Assembly: GCF_000372725.1 (NCBI RefSeq)
Contig: NW_005201192.1
Coordinates: 682,001-746,000 of the forward strand
Direction of reading: 5' to 3'
Origin: Emiliania huxleyi CCMP1516
Lineage: Eukaryota
Length of the DNA stretch: 64,000 bases
A model generated the notes under the pieces. It searched no databases. It was not told the origin of the DNA and saw only the letters and a program-made list of their open reading frames with translations. Made by a program: the position numbers and the translations under genes. Positions 11,909 through 23,981 of the stretch are shown here, piece after piece; position 1 is the first letter of the stretch, and each line of letters opens with the position of its first letter.

Positions 11909-11980
11909 GACCCCTCCACACCCCTACAGCGGCACCCCTACCCCTCCCGCCGTTTTAGGGCCTCCTGACCCGCACTCAAT

Positions 11981-12102
11981 AGGGTCGATTCCGCATGGTA
12001 GAGCTCTACGGGACCCCTCGATCGTCTCGCCCTCCCTCGCTGGCGTGCTCATTGCGGGGGGGGTCATAACAAACACGGTACAGGATCGAGGTGCACGCCG
12101 CT
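11981..12102 (+). repeat. Dispersed repeat B (about 120 bp); inverted copy at 46750-46861
   Basis: GGGTCGATTCCGCATGGTA...GGGACCCCTCGATCGTCTCGCCCTCCCTC...GGTCATAACAAACACGGTACAGGATCGAGGTGCACGC matches the reverse complement of 46750-46861. Confidence 0.85.
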
Positions 12103-13047
12103 GAGGGACCCCAGAGGGTAGATCGAGCGGTGTCGTCCCCCCTCTCCATCATCTCACTGGGAGACGTCGGCGGTGATGGCGGTGTGACCGATCGAGCTAC
12201 AAGAGGAGCTTGTTCAGCATGATCAGGGTGGGCGGAGGAGTTCTCACTTCCTCAATGGGTGGGCTTCCGAGACCTCCAGACTCACGAACCCATCACCTTC
12301 GGCTTGTGTGGATTCGAACCACGCCGCCGGGATGGAAGCTTCCTGCTTCCATCTGATTAATTGTCCGTTTTCCTCAAAATGCATCAATTAATTATATTAA
12401 TGAACGAATACTGCTCGGCCGTCCCGTCTCGATCTGGAGGAGACGGGTCATCCCCGTGAGGACCACAGATCCCGTGCATCTTGTCGTAGCCGGAGGGGAT
12501 GCCTCCTCACCCCCATTCCGAAGGGGCTCCTTCCTCGCCTGCGCGCTGCGGCGCGCACACTTGTCACTTTTCAAGTCTGCGGTGTTCTGAGTGGAGTGCG
12601 AGTGGATGGAGGCGTGTGTGTGCGTCTTCCCGTCCATGTTGGTTTTGTGTTGCCCGTCATCCAGAGAGCCGACTCGGCGGCAGACTCTGGCATCGGCCAT
12701 CGCCCTCGGATCGGACCGCAGACCTCTCCTCGAGTAAACGTACAACCAAACTCCCTTGCACGACACTATCACGCGCGCGGGACTGACTGGCTGGCGCGCA
12801 CTGGCACTAACACAGCCAGTCCCGTCCGTGCCGCCGTGCCTAGAGAAACAATAAAACTCCTTACGGCGGCTCTGGCCTGAGTGCCGGCCGGAGCTAAGAA
12901 ACCACGGCGTGGTATGTATGAAGGTGGGAAGGGGTGAGGGGGGAAAGAAAAATGCAGTAATCTTGCCGACATTTCCGCGATTCCTGTCCCCCGGGGTCTA
13001 CCTGGTACGCCGGCGGACACCTCGGTCTGTGCGGGGGGGGGGGGGCC

Positions 13048-13762
13048 ATGGGCGGTGTGGTCTCTGCGGCTGCCTCGGGCGCCACGGGTATTGGCCAGGA
13101 CACCGAGGCCCTGATCCGAGCGCGGCAGGCGAGGATGCGCCAGGAGGTTCTCCTCGCTAAGCTGCACGATGAGGCCCGGCTGCATGCCTCGCAAGAGTGG
13201 GACAAGGAGAATGGCGAGTCCCAGCCGGCCGCCGCGCCGCCAGCAGCGTCCAAGCCGAAGAAGAAGAAGAAGACCGAGAAGCCGCCCGACAAGGCGGCCA
13301 AGGCTCCAGAGACGACGGCAAAAGACGCGCCGGCGGCGGCGAGTGCGCCGGCAGAGCCTGCCGACACCGCGAGGGGAGCCACCCTGTTCAAGGCGAAGTG
13401 CGCCGCGTGTCACACTTGCAACGAGGGCGGACCCAGCAAGCAGGGCCCCAACCTCTACAGCATCATCGGCGCGCAGACGGCGCACGACAAAGCGGTGCCG
13501 CCGCCAGCCGCGCCCCAGCCCGGCGGTCCCCTGCCCCCTGCTCGCTTCCGTCCGCGCGTCCGCTCACGCCCCGTATCGCCAACCGCAGTACAAGTACACC
13601 AAGGCGATGTCGAGCTTCAACTCGACCTGGACTGAGGAGACGATGCTCTCTTTCCTGGCCAAGCCAAAGGAGGTGGTCAAGGGCACCTCGATGGCCTTCC
13701 CGGGCTTCAAGAAGGAGAAGGACCGAGTGGACGTGGTGGCGTACCTCAGCACGCTCAAGTGA
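13048..13762 (+). CDS. Class I cytochrome c with an N-terminal extension of about 105 aa (intron 13495-13588)
   Basis: [15 protein letters not shown]...[18 protein letters not shown]...[40 protein letters not shown]; CxxCH and axial Met present. Confidence 0.93.
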
Positions 13763-14354
13763 GGACGGCGCGGGACGGCGCGGGAGTGGAGTAGGCCGTG
13801 CACGAGGTGCGTTGTGATAGGTTAGTAGGTTGGGGCGCGGAAGTTCCTTCATTCAGGGGTATTCAAGGAAAAGGCGACCTAAGTCGACCGACGAATGTCC
13901 AAGTCGAATGTCCGGAGGCACCATGCGCCGCGCAGAGCACTGCGGAAACCGGGCCCCGGCTCCTCTAGTGTCCACGCGCGGCTTAGAAGCTCATTGATTT
14001 CTTTTTTGCACGACACTGGGAGTATAAACTTCTTTTTGTGGCACAACTGATCTCGGCTGTGCGATGCTGCTGAAAGCTGTGCTTCTCTTCGGCGCCGTCG
14101 GCACGTCGGCGCTTGCGTCCTTCGCCGTGGCTCCGCGCCACCACCTGTTGAGTCGCTCCGGTCAAGATGTGCCCCGGCATGGCGGCTGAGGCTCTCAGGT
14201 TGGGCGACGCGAGCGCCGAGAAGGTGGAGCAAGACCTCGCGTCCCCCATGGGCTTGCTCGGTTGGCAGGGTCGGATTTGGGTTCTTTGTGATGCGTCAAC
14301 TTCAAGTTCCGGAACGACTCAACAGGGTCTAAAGACGGGGGAGCGACCGGCCTA

Positions 14355-14482
14355 CACTTGGAGTGCAGTCATTAACCTCACATCCCCAGGGCCGGGGAGC
14401 TATAAGAAGCGCACCCAGCGGGCCGGATGATCGGTATCGGGTTGCGGGCAAGAGAGCCCTAGCCCAGGGGGTGCGCGTTCCC
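14355..14482 (-). repeat. SINE-like dispersed repeat A, copy 2 (long)
   Basis: Same core plus CCCAGCGGGCCGGATGAT...GAGAGCCCTAGCCC extension shared with copy 5. Confidence 0.8.
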
Positions 14483-15282
14483 GGGGAAAGGGCCGTAAAG
14501 TAAACACGGGTCTCCGAGAGGGCTCCGTGTACCGGGTTTCCCCTTAACTGCAGAACGCCCCCTCTACTCGGAGCTAGTGGACACGGTCACGGACACTACC
14601 GGACACCACCCGTCAGCCGTCACGTACACACACGACTACTTAACGTGTACACTGCCCGGCTGCGCGGCGGCTCCCCGGCGCGGGGGCCTCGTCCCGCACC
14701 CATCAGGGCGAATCTTCGGTCTGGTTCGGTCTCTTGCTCGCTTTTCGGGCGTCGCCCCACTGCCTCTGAACTCGTTTTTGATGTCTCTTCTTCGGAGGCG
14801 GCCCCCCCGCCCCACCTCCGCCGGCTAGCCCCATTGGCTCCGAGGGAGCTGACAGCCCGGGCGGGGCCTCCCCGGGCGAGGGCGGCGGCATCGTGTCTCG
14901 TCGCCACCCCTCCCCGGGAGGTCGGGCCGGCTCTCCCTGGTCGGCGAGTCGCGCCCGCATCCGCGGCCTCTCTATCGTTCTCGGCTCGCCCTCCCCCTCC
15001 TCCGGCTCCTCACTAAGCTCGGGAAGGCACGGTCCCTCTTGTCGTAGATCACGGCGGTCCAGCCGCCGCCGCGACGGGTCTACCCCCGGTGCGCGGTGGG
15101 CTCGCACCCGCACGGCCCGATTCCACTCGCAGAGGCCGAGTCAGCTCGACTCTCTCGCCACCCCAGACAGTTGGCTCCAGGCCTCACCCGGGGCCCTCCG
15201 GCCCCGGCCTTCCGGTCCGCCGGCCGACCCGCTGTCTCCCCACGGCACCACCCCCCCCCTCGGACCCCTCCCCCACTGCACC

Positions 15283-16497
15283 ATGAAGCGGAAGCAACGA
15301 GGCTCCAGGCCTCCTCGGTCGAACAAGCCTTCCTCAGCCACTCTCGTGCACGTCCTCTACCTCGAGACCGCCGAGGACCAGCGAGGCAGCGACGGCTTGC
15401 GCTCTCCGGGCGTGCACCTCAACGAGCGCGGGCGCGGGCCGGCGCTGTGTGCTGCGTGCGGTGGCGTGGCCGACGCGTGGCGTGGCCGTCTGGACAACAT
15501 GCAGACGGCACTGCGCATGTGCTGCTCCGAGGGCGCTCTCTTCCGGCCCTCCGTCGCTCAGTTTGCGCTCGTCTCTCCGCGTGCAGTGATCCGGTACAGC
15601 CTGGCCGAGTTTGGCGGGTGGCTGAGTGAGCGTGGCACGAAGCGCGCCACTGAGGCGGTCGTGATCGGCGCAGCGCTGCGCGCCGCCTCGGGCGAGCTGC
15701 CTGCGGCGTCGGGCGTCTCCCACGCGCCGCTCGAGGTTGCGCCCGACGGCTCTCCCGAGTGCATGTGGGCGTGGGTGGCGGGGTGGGCGGCGGCCGTGAG
15801 GGCCCGCGCCGCCGGCGGTCGCGTCGTTGCCCTGCTTCTGGACGCCGCGGCGCCGCCACTCGAGCACACAACAGCCGCCGGCGCGCTGGCGGCGTCGCTG
15901 CGAGGGTGCGGCGTGAGCGACCTGCTGTTGTGTGTGGGCGGCCCGTCGGGCGTGCCTCGGCGGTGGCAAGAACGGCTGGCGGCGGCGCTGGGCGGCGAGC
16001 GCGGCGAGCCCGCTCCTCCGCTGCTCGGGGTGTCGCTGCGGGGCGGCGTGCAGCACTCGGCGCCCGCCCTCGCGGAGCTGCTCCTGCTCCACGAAAGAGG
16101 GCGCCTGCTGCCGCTCGTGCAGGACCGGCTGGCGCTCAGCGACGAGCAGCACAAGGCGTGGCGGCGCGCCGAGCGCGAGATAGTGCACGCGTGGCTGCGG
16201 GCTCTGGGCCTGCACGCCGACGGCAACACGGCTGACGGCGGCGGCGCTGCCCTCCCGGCGGCGGCGGAGGTGGCGCGGCTCCTCGAGGCGCACCGCGCGC
16301 TCCTGCAGAGGCTCGAGGCGGCCGGCTCGCTCCGTGCGGGCGCGAACGAGGTGGGGGCCGGCAGCGAGGAGGGCACGGAAGAAGCGGGGGAGGGGCCAGG
16401 GGGGCGGCAGGGCTCGGCTCGCGGCGCCCTTCCGCACAAGCCAGAGGCGGCGCGAGCGATCCGAAAGAAGAAGAGGAGGGCGACACAGGGGAACTGA
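15283..16497 (+). CDS. Putative SPOUT-class RNA methyltransferase (TrmY-like)
   Basis: GRLDNM motif near the N-terminus; C-terminal knot-like LLCVGGPSG...VSLRGGVQHSAPALAELLLLHE; basic termini. Confidence 0.55.
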   Translation: MKRKQRGSRPPRSNKPSSATLVHVLYLETAEDQRGSDGLRSPGVHLNERGRGPALCAACGGVADAWRGRLDNMQTALRMCCSEGALFRPSVAQFALVSPRAVIRYSLAEFGGWLSERGTKRATEAVVIGAALRAASGELPAASGVSHAPLEVAPDGSPECMWAWVAGWAAAVRARAAGGRVVALLLDAAAPPLEHTTAAGALAASLRGCGVSDLLLCVGGPSGVPRRWQERLAAALGGERGEPAPPLLGVSLRGGVQHSAPALAELLLLHERGRLLPLVQDRLALSDEQHKAWRRAEREIVHAWLRALGLHADGNTADGGGAALPAAAEVARLLEAHRALLQRLEAAGSLRAGANEVGAGSEEGTEEAGEGPGGRQGSARGALPHKPEAARAIRKKKRRATQGN

Positions 16498-16647
16498 AGA
16501 CATCTGACGCCGCCACCACCCACAGGGAACAGGGTCAGACTCAGAGATTTCGCACCTCACAGTTTCAAACGAACCTTTTTGGTGCTTGGAGTTGGACGAT
16601 GGACCGCTCTTGCGGCTTGGAGTTGGAGCTTGGACCCGCACTTGGTG

Positions 16648-16742
16648 TTGGAGCACTTGCTCTTGGAGTGCAGTCGGTAACCGCACACCCAGGGCCGCCG
16701 GGGAGCTAAGAAGTGCAGCGGGCCGGATGATTGGCGTTAGGT
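16648..16742 (-). repeat. SINE-like dispersed repeat A, copy 3
   Basis: TTGGAGTGCAGTCGGTAACCGCACACCCAGGGCC...GGGGAGCTAAGAAG...GCGGGCCGGATGATTGG. Confidence 0.8.
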
Positions 16743-16765
16743 TAGGTTAGGTAGGAAGGTGAGAG

Positions 16766-17050
16766 ACTATGGAGAGTTCACGTCATGACGGTTAAAACGG
16801 CTGTTAACCGTCATGACGTGGTCAATATGTCATGACAGCGGCTGCGAAACGACAGCAGCAACGACGGCAGCAACGACAGCTGGTGACAGCTGGTGACAGC
16901 TGGTGACAGCTGGTGACAGCTGGTGACAGCCAGCTGCCAAGGAGGAGTGAAAGGCACCAGGAACAGTGACAGCCATAGTGACAGTGACAGTGAAGCCAGT
17001 GAATGCCAACGACAGGCGGTGACAATGTCAGCGCGGGGCCCCGCGAGTGA

Positions 17051-17101
<51 letters not shown>

Positions 17102-17947
17102 CGAGGCAGCGCCACAGGCACAGCCGTGAGGCAGCCATAGCCCTCGTGAACGAACTTGAGCTTATTCCAGCCATAGTCATCGTCTACGATCCACATGCAG
17201 ACTGCCGGTGACAGCATGCACCTTGAGAGGTTCAACCCGAGGTGTGTTGCTCAATGCTCTGCGCGTTTGCTTGTGATCGTGATTTCAAGGTCCCAATCCT
17301 CGCGGCTGAGGATTGACACCGTTCGCTCGCGTGAGATTTTTGAGCGGCAGATGAACCAGCGCTGGAGCCCATCACGGCACATGCTGGAGGAAGGAGGGCA
17401 AGGGTTTTGCAGATTCTCCGACTCACGCCCGCTGCTGCTGAGCGTGCGTGGCTACTGTTGAGAGGGTTTCTCATGTGGCGTCGGGCGTGCGAGTGAGCGG
17501 TCTCGCGCGCATGCATCTATATCTTGAGTGTCCTGTCTCTCTCGCTAGTGGCACCACACACTGTCCTGCGGGGGTGCTCATGACAGCAGCAATGACAGCA
17601 GCAATGACAGCAGCAATGACAGCAGCAATGACAGCAGCAATGACAGCACAGCAGCAGCAACGACAGCGATGACAGCAGCAATGACAGCAGGAATGACAGC
17701 TGCGCAATTACAGCAGCAGTGACAGTTGGACCAGTCGGGGATGGTTACGACAGCAGCAACGACAGCAGCAACGACAGCAGCAACGACAGCTGGTGACAGC
17801 TGGTGACAGCTGGTGACAGCTGGTGACAGCTGGTGACAGGTAGGTGTCACTGTCGCTGTCGTTTGCTGTATGACAGCTGGCAGCTGTCATGACAGCGGCT
17901 AACCGTCATGACAGCGGCTAACCGTCATGACGTGAACTCTCCATAGT
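16766..17947. mobile_element. Non-autonomous DNA transposon with 29-bp perfect TIRs and internal TGACAGC arrays
   Basis: ACTATGGAGAGTTCACGTCATGACGGTTA (16766-16794) and its reverse complement (17919-17947); (TGGTGACAGC)n, (GACAGC)n and (ATGACAGCAGCA)n inside. Confidence 0.88.
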
Positions 17948-18041
17948 TTCTGAAGAACAATCGGGAAAACGAATCTTTTTTCGAAGGAGGTCTTGAAGAC
18001 CGTCCACCGCAGCCGGCCCCTCCGCGTAAACGAGGGACAAT

Positions 18042-19783
18042 ATGTCACCAAAGCTTCACATTTCGCGGCGGACCACTGCCCTGCTGCTGATTGAGTACCA
18101 GAATGAATTCACGGACCCGCGGGGCGGGCTGTATGCCTCCGTGCGAGTCGTGCTGGAGGCCACGCGCATGCTTCAGAAAAGCCTTGAGCTTATCGCTGGC
18201 GCGCGCGAGCGAGGTGTGCTAATCATCCACTGTCCAAATGTGGTCGACCCAAAGGTCGCTTCTGCCGACGCACGTGCTGGCATGATGACCGGCCTCTATC
18301 GCGGCCTCTTCTTGCGCGGCTCATGGGGCGCCGAGATGTCTGTCCCGGTGCACGACCAGGCTTGAGCCATCAGCCGTATCACACCCTTCTTTTGCCGCAC
18401 CACGGTACACCCTCCCTCCCCGGGTCGTAGGATGTGGTGCTGCAGAACAAACAGGGCCTTGATTGCTTCACGGGCACCAACCTCGAGGCAATCTTGCAGG
18501 AGTACTCCATCAGCACCGTTGGGCTATGTGGCTTCCTCGCCAACGTCTGTGTTGAGTCGACTATGCGCACCGCCTTCGACAAGGGGCTGCACGTCGTGAC
18601 GCTTACGGACTGCGTCGCGGCGACGTCGCTCGAGGCGCTGCGATCAGCCACGCAGATCTCCTTCCACCACTTTTCTCAGCCGGCCACGAGCGACGTCTTC
18701 CTCGCTGCGCTCGAGCACGAGTCGCACCACCACCACTCGCATCGCTCGCACTCGACGCACTACTCGCACTCGCCGGACGGGCTCTCGGCCTCGGTGAACG
18801 ACTCAGTCAGCGAGGCGAGCGACGACCTCAACTCGTTGCGCACCTCGCGCTCCGAGTGGGTCCTCTTCGAGGGGTACGTGCACAAGAAGAGCCGCTGGCT
18901 CGGCACGTGGCGCTCGCGGTGGGTTGTCATCACGCCATACCGGCTCGTTTTCTTCCAAGACCGCGACGCGGCGCGCGAGGCGGAGGAAACTTCCATCACC
19001 GAGCCGGGCACCGAGAACTTTGACCTCAGTGGCGTCGGCAGCGCCGTGCCCACCTCCTTCCCAGGCATCTCTCCACTTGGCCTCGCCGTCTGCATCACTG
19101 GTAGAGGCCGGTCGGGAAGCAGTATCTGCTGCGGCGCGCTCGTGGAGCGCGAGCTGCTGCTCCACTTTGGCGAGAGCCAGACCGCGATCACCACCGCACT
19201 GCGCAACTTGCTCATCACCGCGCTCGTCAACGCCCGCGAGAGCGCGCAGCACCGAGCCTCTGTTAGCGGCGCAGAGAGCGCGCGCGCCACCGACAGCGCC
19301 CGTCGGAGCCGCGACCTGTGGCGCTCGCACCTCTCCCGCCACCGAAAGTCGGCGGCGGTGCATGCGTTCGAGAGCAGTCGAGTCCATTTCGAGGAGCGGT
19401 ACGAGCTCGGCGACATGCTGGGCGAGGGAGGTCAAGGGGTGGTCCATGCGGTTACGTGCCTCCAGTCGGGCGAGCGGATGGCGGCCAAGCTGATCAGCAA
19501 GGTGGGGCTCTCGCGGAACGCAAAGGCTCGGCTGAGGAAGGAGGTAGATTTGCAGCGGCAGGTTGACTACCACCCCAACATCTGCTCCGTCTTCAACTTT
19601 TACGACGAGCCTCGCCGGATGGTGGTGGTGATGGAGTTGCTGCCCTACGGGACGCTGTACGATCACGTCGTCGCGCACTTCAGCTCTGGCGGCCGGCTCG
19701 ACGACGACGAGTACAACGAGGCGCACGTCAGCCGGCTGCTACAGCAGGCGCTCTCGGCGCTCACGACCATGCACGACCGCGGT

Positions 19784-19815
<32 letters not shown>

Positions 19816-20416
19816 GCTGCTCGTCGATGCCGGCGCCAACGGCGAGGTTGGGGCTATCCGCATCGCGGACTTTGGCTTGGCGGCTCAGCCTGAGCCAGGC
19901 GATGAGCTGTGTGAGTGCGTGGGGACACCGGGCTACACGGCGCCCGAGGTGCTCGCCGGCCTTCCCTACGACACCTCCGTGGACGTCTTCTCGCTTGGAG
20001 CGATGCTGTACGCGCTCCTCTCGGGCTGCGAGGCATTTGCTGCGCCGGGCCTCGACGATGAGGAGGTCCTCCAGCGCAACCGCATCGGCCGCTACAAATT
20101 CGACGCCAGCTGGGCGGGGGTCTCCTCCGAGGCCAAAGCGGTCGTCAAGGCGATGCTCATGAGAGAGCCGAGCAAGCGTGCGACAGCGCGCGCCTTGCTC
20201 GCCGAGGGGTGGGTGCAGGGACCCGCGAGGTCGAACACAGAGCCGCTGCGCATGGCGGTCCGGGTGGCGGTGGAGAGGCAAGGCTCGCTCGTCAACGCCC
20301 TGGAGGGTCTCGAGTGCGTCTCGCCGAATCCACGGAGTGCCCGGCGTTCCAAGAGAACCAGCACCACCTCTTGGCTCCCTGGTGCGTCGTGGCCGTCGGG
20401 CCGCGGCAGGCAATGA
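18042..20416 (+). CDS. Isochorismatase-family cysteine hydrolase + PH domain + CaMK-like Ser/Thr kinase fusion (GC-AG intron 18360-18430)
   Basis: LLIEYQNEF...NKQGLDCF...GFLANVCVESTMRTAFDKG; FEGYVHKKSRWLGTWRSRWVVI; GEGGQG, AAKLI, HRDLKPEN, DFG, GTPGYTAPE. One reading frame from 18431 to 20416. Confidence 0.9.
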
Positions 20417-20762
20417 CGAGGGAGCCGCCTAGACCTGACTCGCACGTCCCGTGAGAGTTCTGATAACACGTCTTGGTCTCCGTCTATTCTCCTTTGCTGT
20501 GAAGAACAAAACAACTCTCTGAAAAGAAAGTCTCCGCGCCGGCGCGCGGGGCTGCGGCGCACACACGCGCACAGAGCCACACCCACAGAGGACGACGACT
20601 CAGGAGCCTAGATATTGAAAAAAAGCACAACGAATACAACTCTATAAAAAGCATGATCACCGGCAGACCCGGGCACATACTCATTATGTCACATACGCAC
20701 CGAGATTTTGGCATCGATTTTCGGCACCCCGCCGGCGTAATTTGTTCTCCTCCGTTGTTCTC

Positions 20763-22820
20763 TCATCCCTCTAGCACCTGCCCCACCTTCAGCTCGGACA
20801 GCAGATTGAGCTGCGACAAGCTTCTCCGCCCGCTCCGTCTCATGTCGCCACCCTCAAAGTCGGCGAGGCGCACCATCTCTCGGCCCCTTTGGCCTGGCGA
20901 GCCCGTCAGCCTCCAACCGCGGGCCTGGCGGCTGACCTGCTGGTGGCGCGACCGCTGCTGCCTCGTCAGAGGGCGAGGCAGCTCCGCCTTGGCCACGGCC
21001 TCGGCAATGGTCCGATTCCGATCGATGCACAGCCGCCCAATCACCTCGGCGGGGTTGCCGTCGCGGATCGTGTCGTGGCAGTCGCCGCCGCCGAGCCCGA
21101 AGCGGTCGGAGGCGGCGTCGATGCCGACCTCGCGCGCGGTGGCGATGGCCGAGCGGTCGAGGGCGAGCAGCAAGTCCGTGTTGTGCGCAAACTCGGCGCG
21201 GAGCGACCTGCGGCGGGGTGCGGGGTGCGGGGTGCGGGGTGCGGGGTGCGGGGGACGGGTGCGGGGGCGGGTGCGCGAAGTGTGCTCCCGGCGGTGCGGC
21301 GCCACCTGGGGTGCACGTCCCACGGCACGGAGTATTCGTGGCCGGAGCGGCTGTCTTGCGCGGCGTTGTCCGCATTCTTTCGCTCCGCCGCGAGGGTGGC
21401 GGCCGTGATCTCGTCGAGCGGTGGCAGCTGCAGCAGCGACCAGTTGCCTTTGAGAGCGCCCGACTTGGTCACGCCCCGCAAGTGGTACATCTTGTACCTA
21501 GAGGGACCGCGAGGAGCCGGGATGACCCGAGGCTGGCCGACGAGATGCCGCGCCGGGCAGCTCCTCCCCTCGCCCGGCGGCGGCGAAGGCCTCGAGGGAG
21601 TGCGCGAACTCGCGCAAGTCGACGAGCCTGCGCGCCCGCTCCGCCACGCCCGGGGAGTACTCGGTGAGCACCGCCTGCGGACGCGGCTGGGCGGTCGCCT
21701 CTCTACCCCCTCGGGCGCGGCGGTGCCGGGCGGGTGAGCGTGTGAGCCGGCGTGAGAGAGAGGAGACACACAGCAGCAGGCCGGCTCGCCTTTGGTGGCG
21801 CCTCGCGCAGCAGCCGCCTCATGCCGGCAACCACCTTCGGCTCGTACCCCTCAACGTCGAGCTTCAGCGCGCACGGCTGCTCGTGCACGACGTCGTCGAC
21901 CACCTGGCGGGGCGGGGCGGGGCGGGGGCGTGAGGGGGCGTGAGGGGGCGTGGCCCGCAGCGAGGCGTGGCGTGGCCAGGCTGCGGTCGGCTGGCGGCGG
22001 GGTGGTGCGCCTCGGTGGTGGAGTGGACGGTGTACGTGTTGGACTTGACCGCCGGGTCGACATTCAGCCCTCCCACCGACGCGGTGCCCCAGATGCCACG
22101 GTCCGGCACCCGCATCTCCACGGGCTGCGCGGCGACGTCAGACACGACCGACTCGCGCACCTCGACTCGGTGGGAGAGGTTGTTGAGGGCGACGCCGATC
22201 CGGAGGAAGGCGCGGAAGACGGGGACCGGCTCCCACGCGATGACACGGCAGCCGAGCGAGGCGGCGTACAGCGAGTAGTACCCGAAGTTTGCTCCCACGT
22301 CGATGACGAGCCCGTTGTCGGCGCAGCACGCCTCGGTCAGCCGGCGCCAGTAGACATTGTACAGCGGCTCGACGGCGCGGTGGCGCTCCATGTGGGCAGA
22401 GACGTCAAAGTCGGCCCGCCCAGTCGTGTAGGGCATCAGAAAGGCGGGCTGCGTGCGGGTCCACGCCGCGAAGACCTCGACGGACCTCTCTTGGAGGAGG
22501 AGTGTGTTCGAGGCGTTGAGCGAGGCGGCACTGGCGGCGGCCAGGCGGTGCAGCCCGGCCGCGCCTGCTCTGGCGCCGGCGCCCGCACAGTCTGTGCAGT
22601 CCGTGCCGAGGTCGCAGAGCACTCGGACCTGCTCCTGGCTCTGCGGACTGCGCCACAAACTGCTGCCGTCGCTGCAGACGCCGTCGAGAGCAGCGGCGCA
22701 GGAGTCGTCGCACCTGGCCCGGCCGCGGCGGCGTCTGAGGCGGTAGTGGCGGCCTCGCGGAATGGCCGCGACCTGGGCACAAAACATCACCACCGCTCCG
22801 GCACAAAGCAGCAAGCGCAT
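20763..22820 (-). CDS. FkbM-family methyltransferase with signal/anchor and Cys-rich N-domain (5 exons)
   Basis: CDDSC...DGVCSDG...CDLGTDCTDC; VIDVGANFGYYS, WEPVP, LKLDVEGYE; three GC-AG introns and one GT-AG intron keep the frame. Confidence 0.85.
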
Positions 22821-23127
22821 GTGTCACACGGCGGCCGATGGCGTGCTTGTTAGAGTTGTTGCTCCCCTGGCAGAGTGCTGCCGTGTGAGCCAACGTGTCC
22901 TCTCTCGAGGTGTTCTCATTGACAAGGCTGTGAACGGGGAGGATGTAGCGATGTAAAAGAGCGGTTGCACACAAAGCAAACAGCCGGGAAGGACTTCGGC
23001 CCGACGGATGGGACTGTTCAGCTGTTCACAGCCTTGTTATTGAGTGAGAAGAAAATACGTCCTATGGCGCTTTGCGCTGGTCTGTTGAGAGGTTGAGGTG
23101 CGAGCCCTGGAGGCCCTGGGGATGGGG

Positions 23128-23690
23128 TGAAACTACACACTCTCTGGGACAAGCAAGTCTCCTCTCTCTGTCTGGGATCGGAGAGGTGTGATCGTGTGAA
23201 AGCTCCTGAGTCGGGCCTTATGCTTATCTCTCACACTCCCCCGTTGTCTGCAGGTGAGACAACAAAGGTCAGGCGTCGCGCTGATCAGAGGCGCGAGGTA
23301 GTGAACGTAGCATAGTGACCTTCCGTCTCCCGGGCTCAAGGTAGTACTCGAGTAGCCTATCGGAGCGGTCGACTGGATGTCAATTGAACAACATGGCTCA
23401 CATGGGAGAAGCCGATCTAGTAGATCAGCGGACGAGCTTGGCTCGGTGCTTGAGGGAGGTCGTCTTGTCGAGAGCCTTCGAGCCTTCGTCCAGATGTCGG
23501 CGGCTCAGCGCAACTGGTCGCTGGTCGGGACGAACTCGCTACTCGGGCGAGGAGATGTTGTCCTCGTAGTGGAGGCGGCCGAGACGGAGGAACTTCTCAA
23601 AACAAAGTGCCGGTTGCGAGAAGTGACTCCACCGTTGCGGGTTGCGAGGTCCGAGGACGACGCCGTTGCTGTCGGGCACGGGACTGGCGC
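23128..23690 (-). mobile_element. Ty1/Copia remnant: decayed RNase H end (23462-23690) and possible LTR
   Basis: Minus-strand pieces DSNGVV..TRNGGVTSRNRHF...EFVPTSDQL..ADIWTKA..LDK; downstream TG...CA segment about 23393-23128 is tentative. Confidence 0.7.
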
Positions 23691-23981
23691 GCACTGGCAT
23701 CTAAGAAGCACAGGAAAATAATTTATTTAGCGAAGCCACCTCCCTCTCACGGACCACTGCGCACTGGGGTCTGGGCACAGGACTGCGACTGGCGCGCACT
23801 CCACTGGCACTAACACAGGTACACCACGGGAAAAGAAAAAGCTGCTGATAAACCAGGAGAGACTGCCGTGATGAACCGAAAGGTCGCTAGGAGCTGCGAG
23901 CCTGCCGCTGTCCCTCTCCCTTGTGCCTTGAGCCTTGTCAGGTAGGAGCAGGGAGGAGACTCGGAGATCCCTTTTAGGCAC

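Noticed and set aside
12296..12365. GGTTCGAATCC T-loop/B-box on the minus strand plus a nearby hairpin
   Set aside because: No matching acceptor stem, D-arm or anticodon arm, so it is not a tRNA; at most a tRNA-derived remnant
16735..16756. GTTAG repeats resembling telomere
   Set aside because: Only about three 5-bp units, not TTAGGG, and internal
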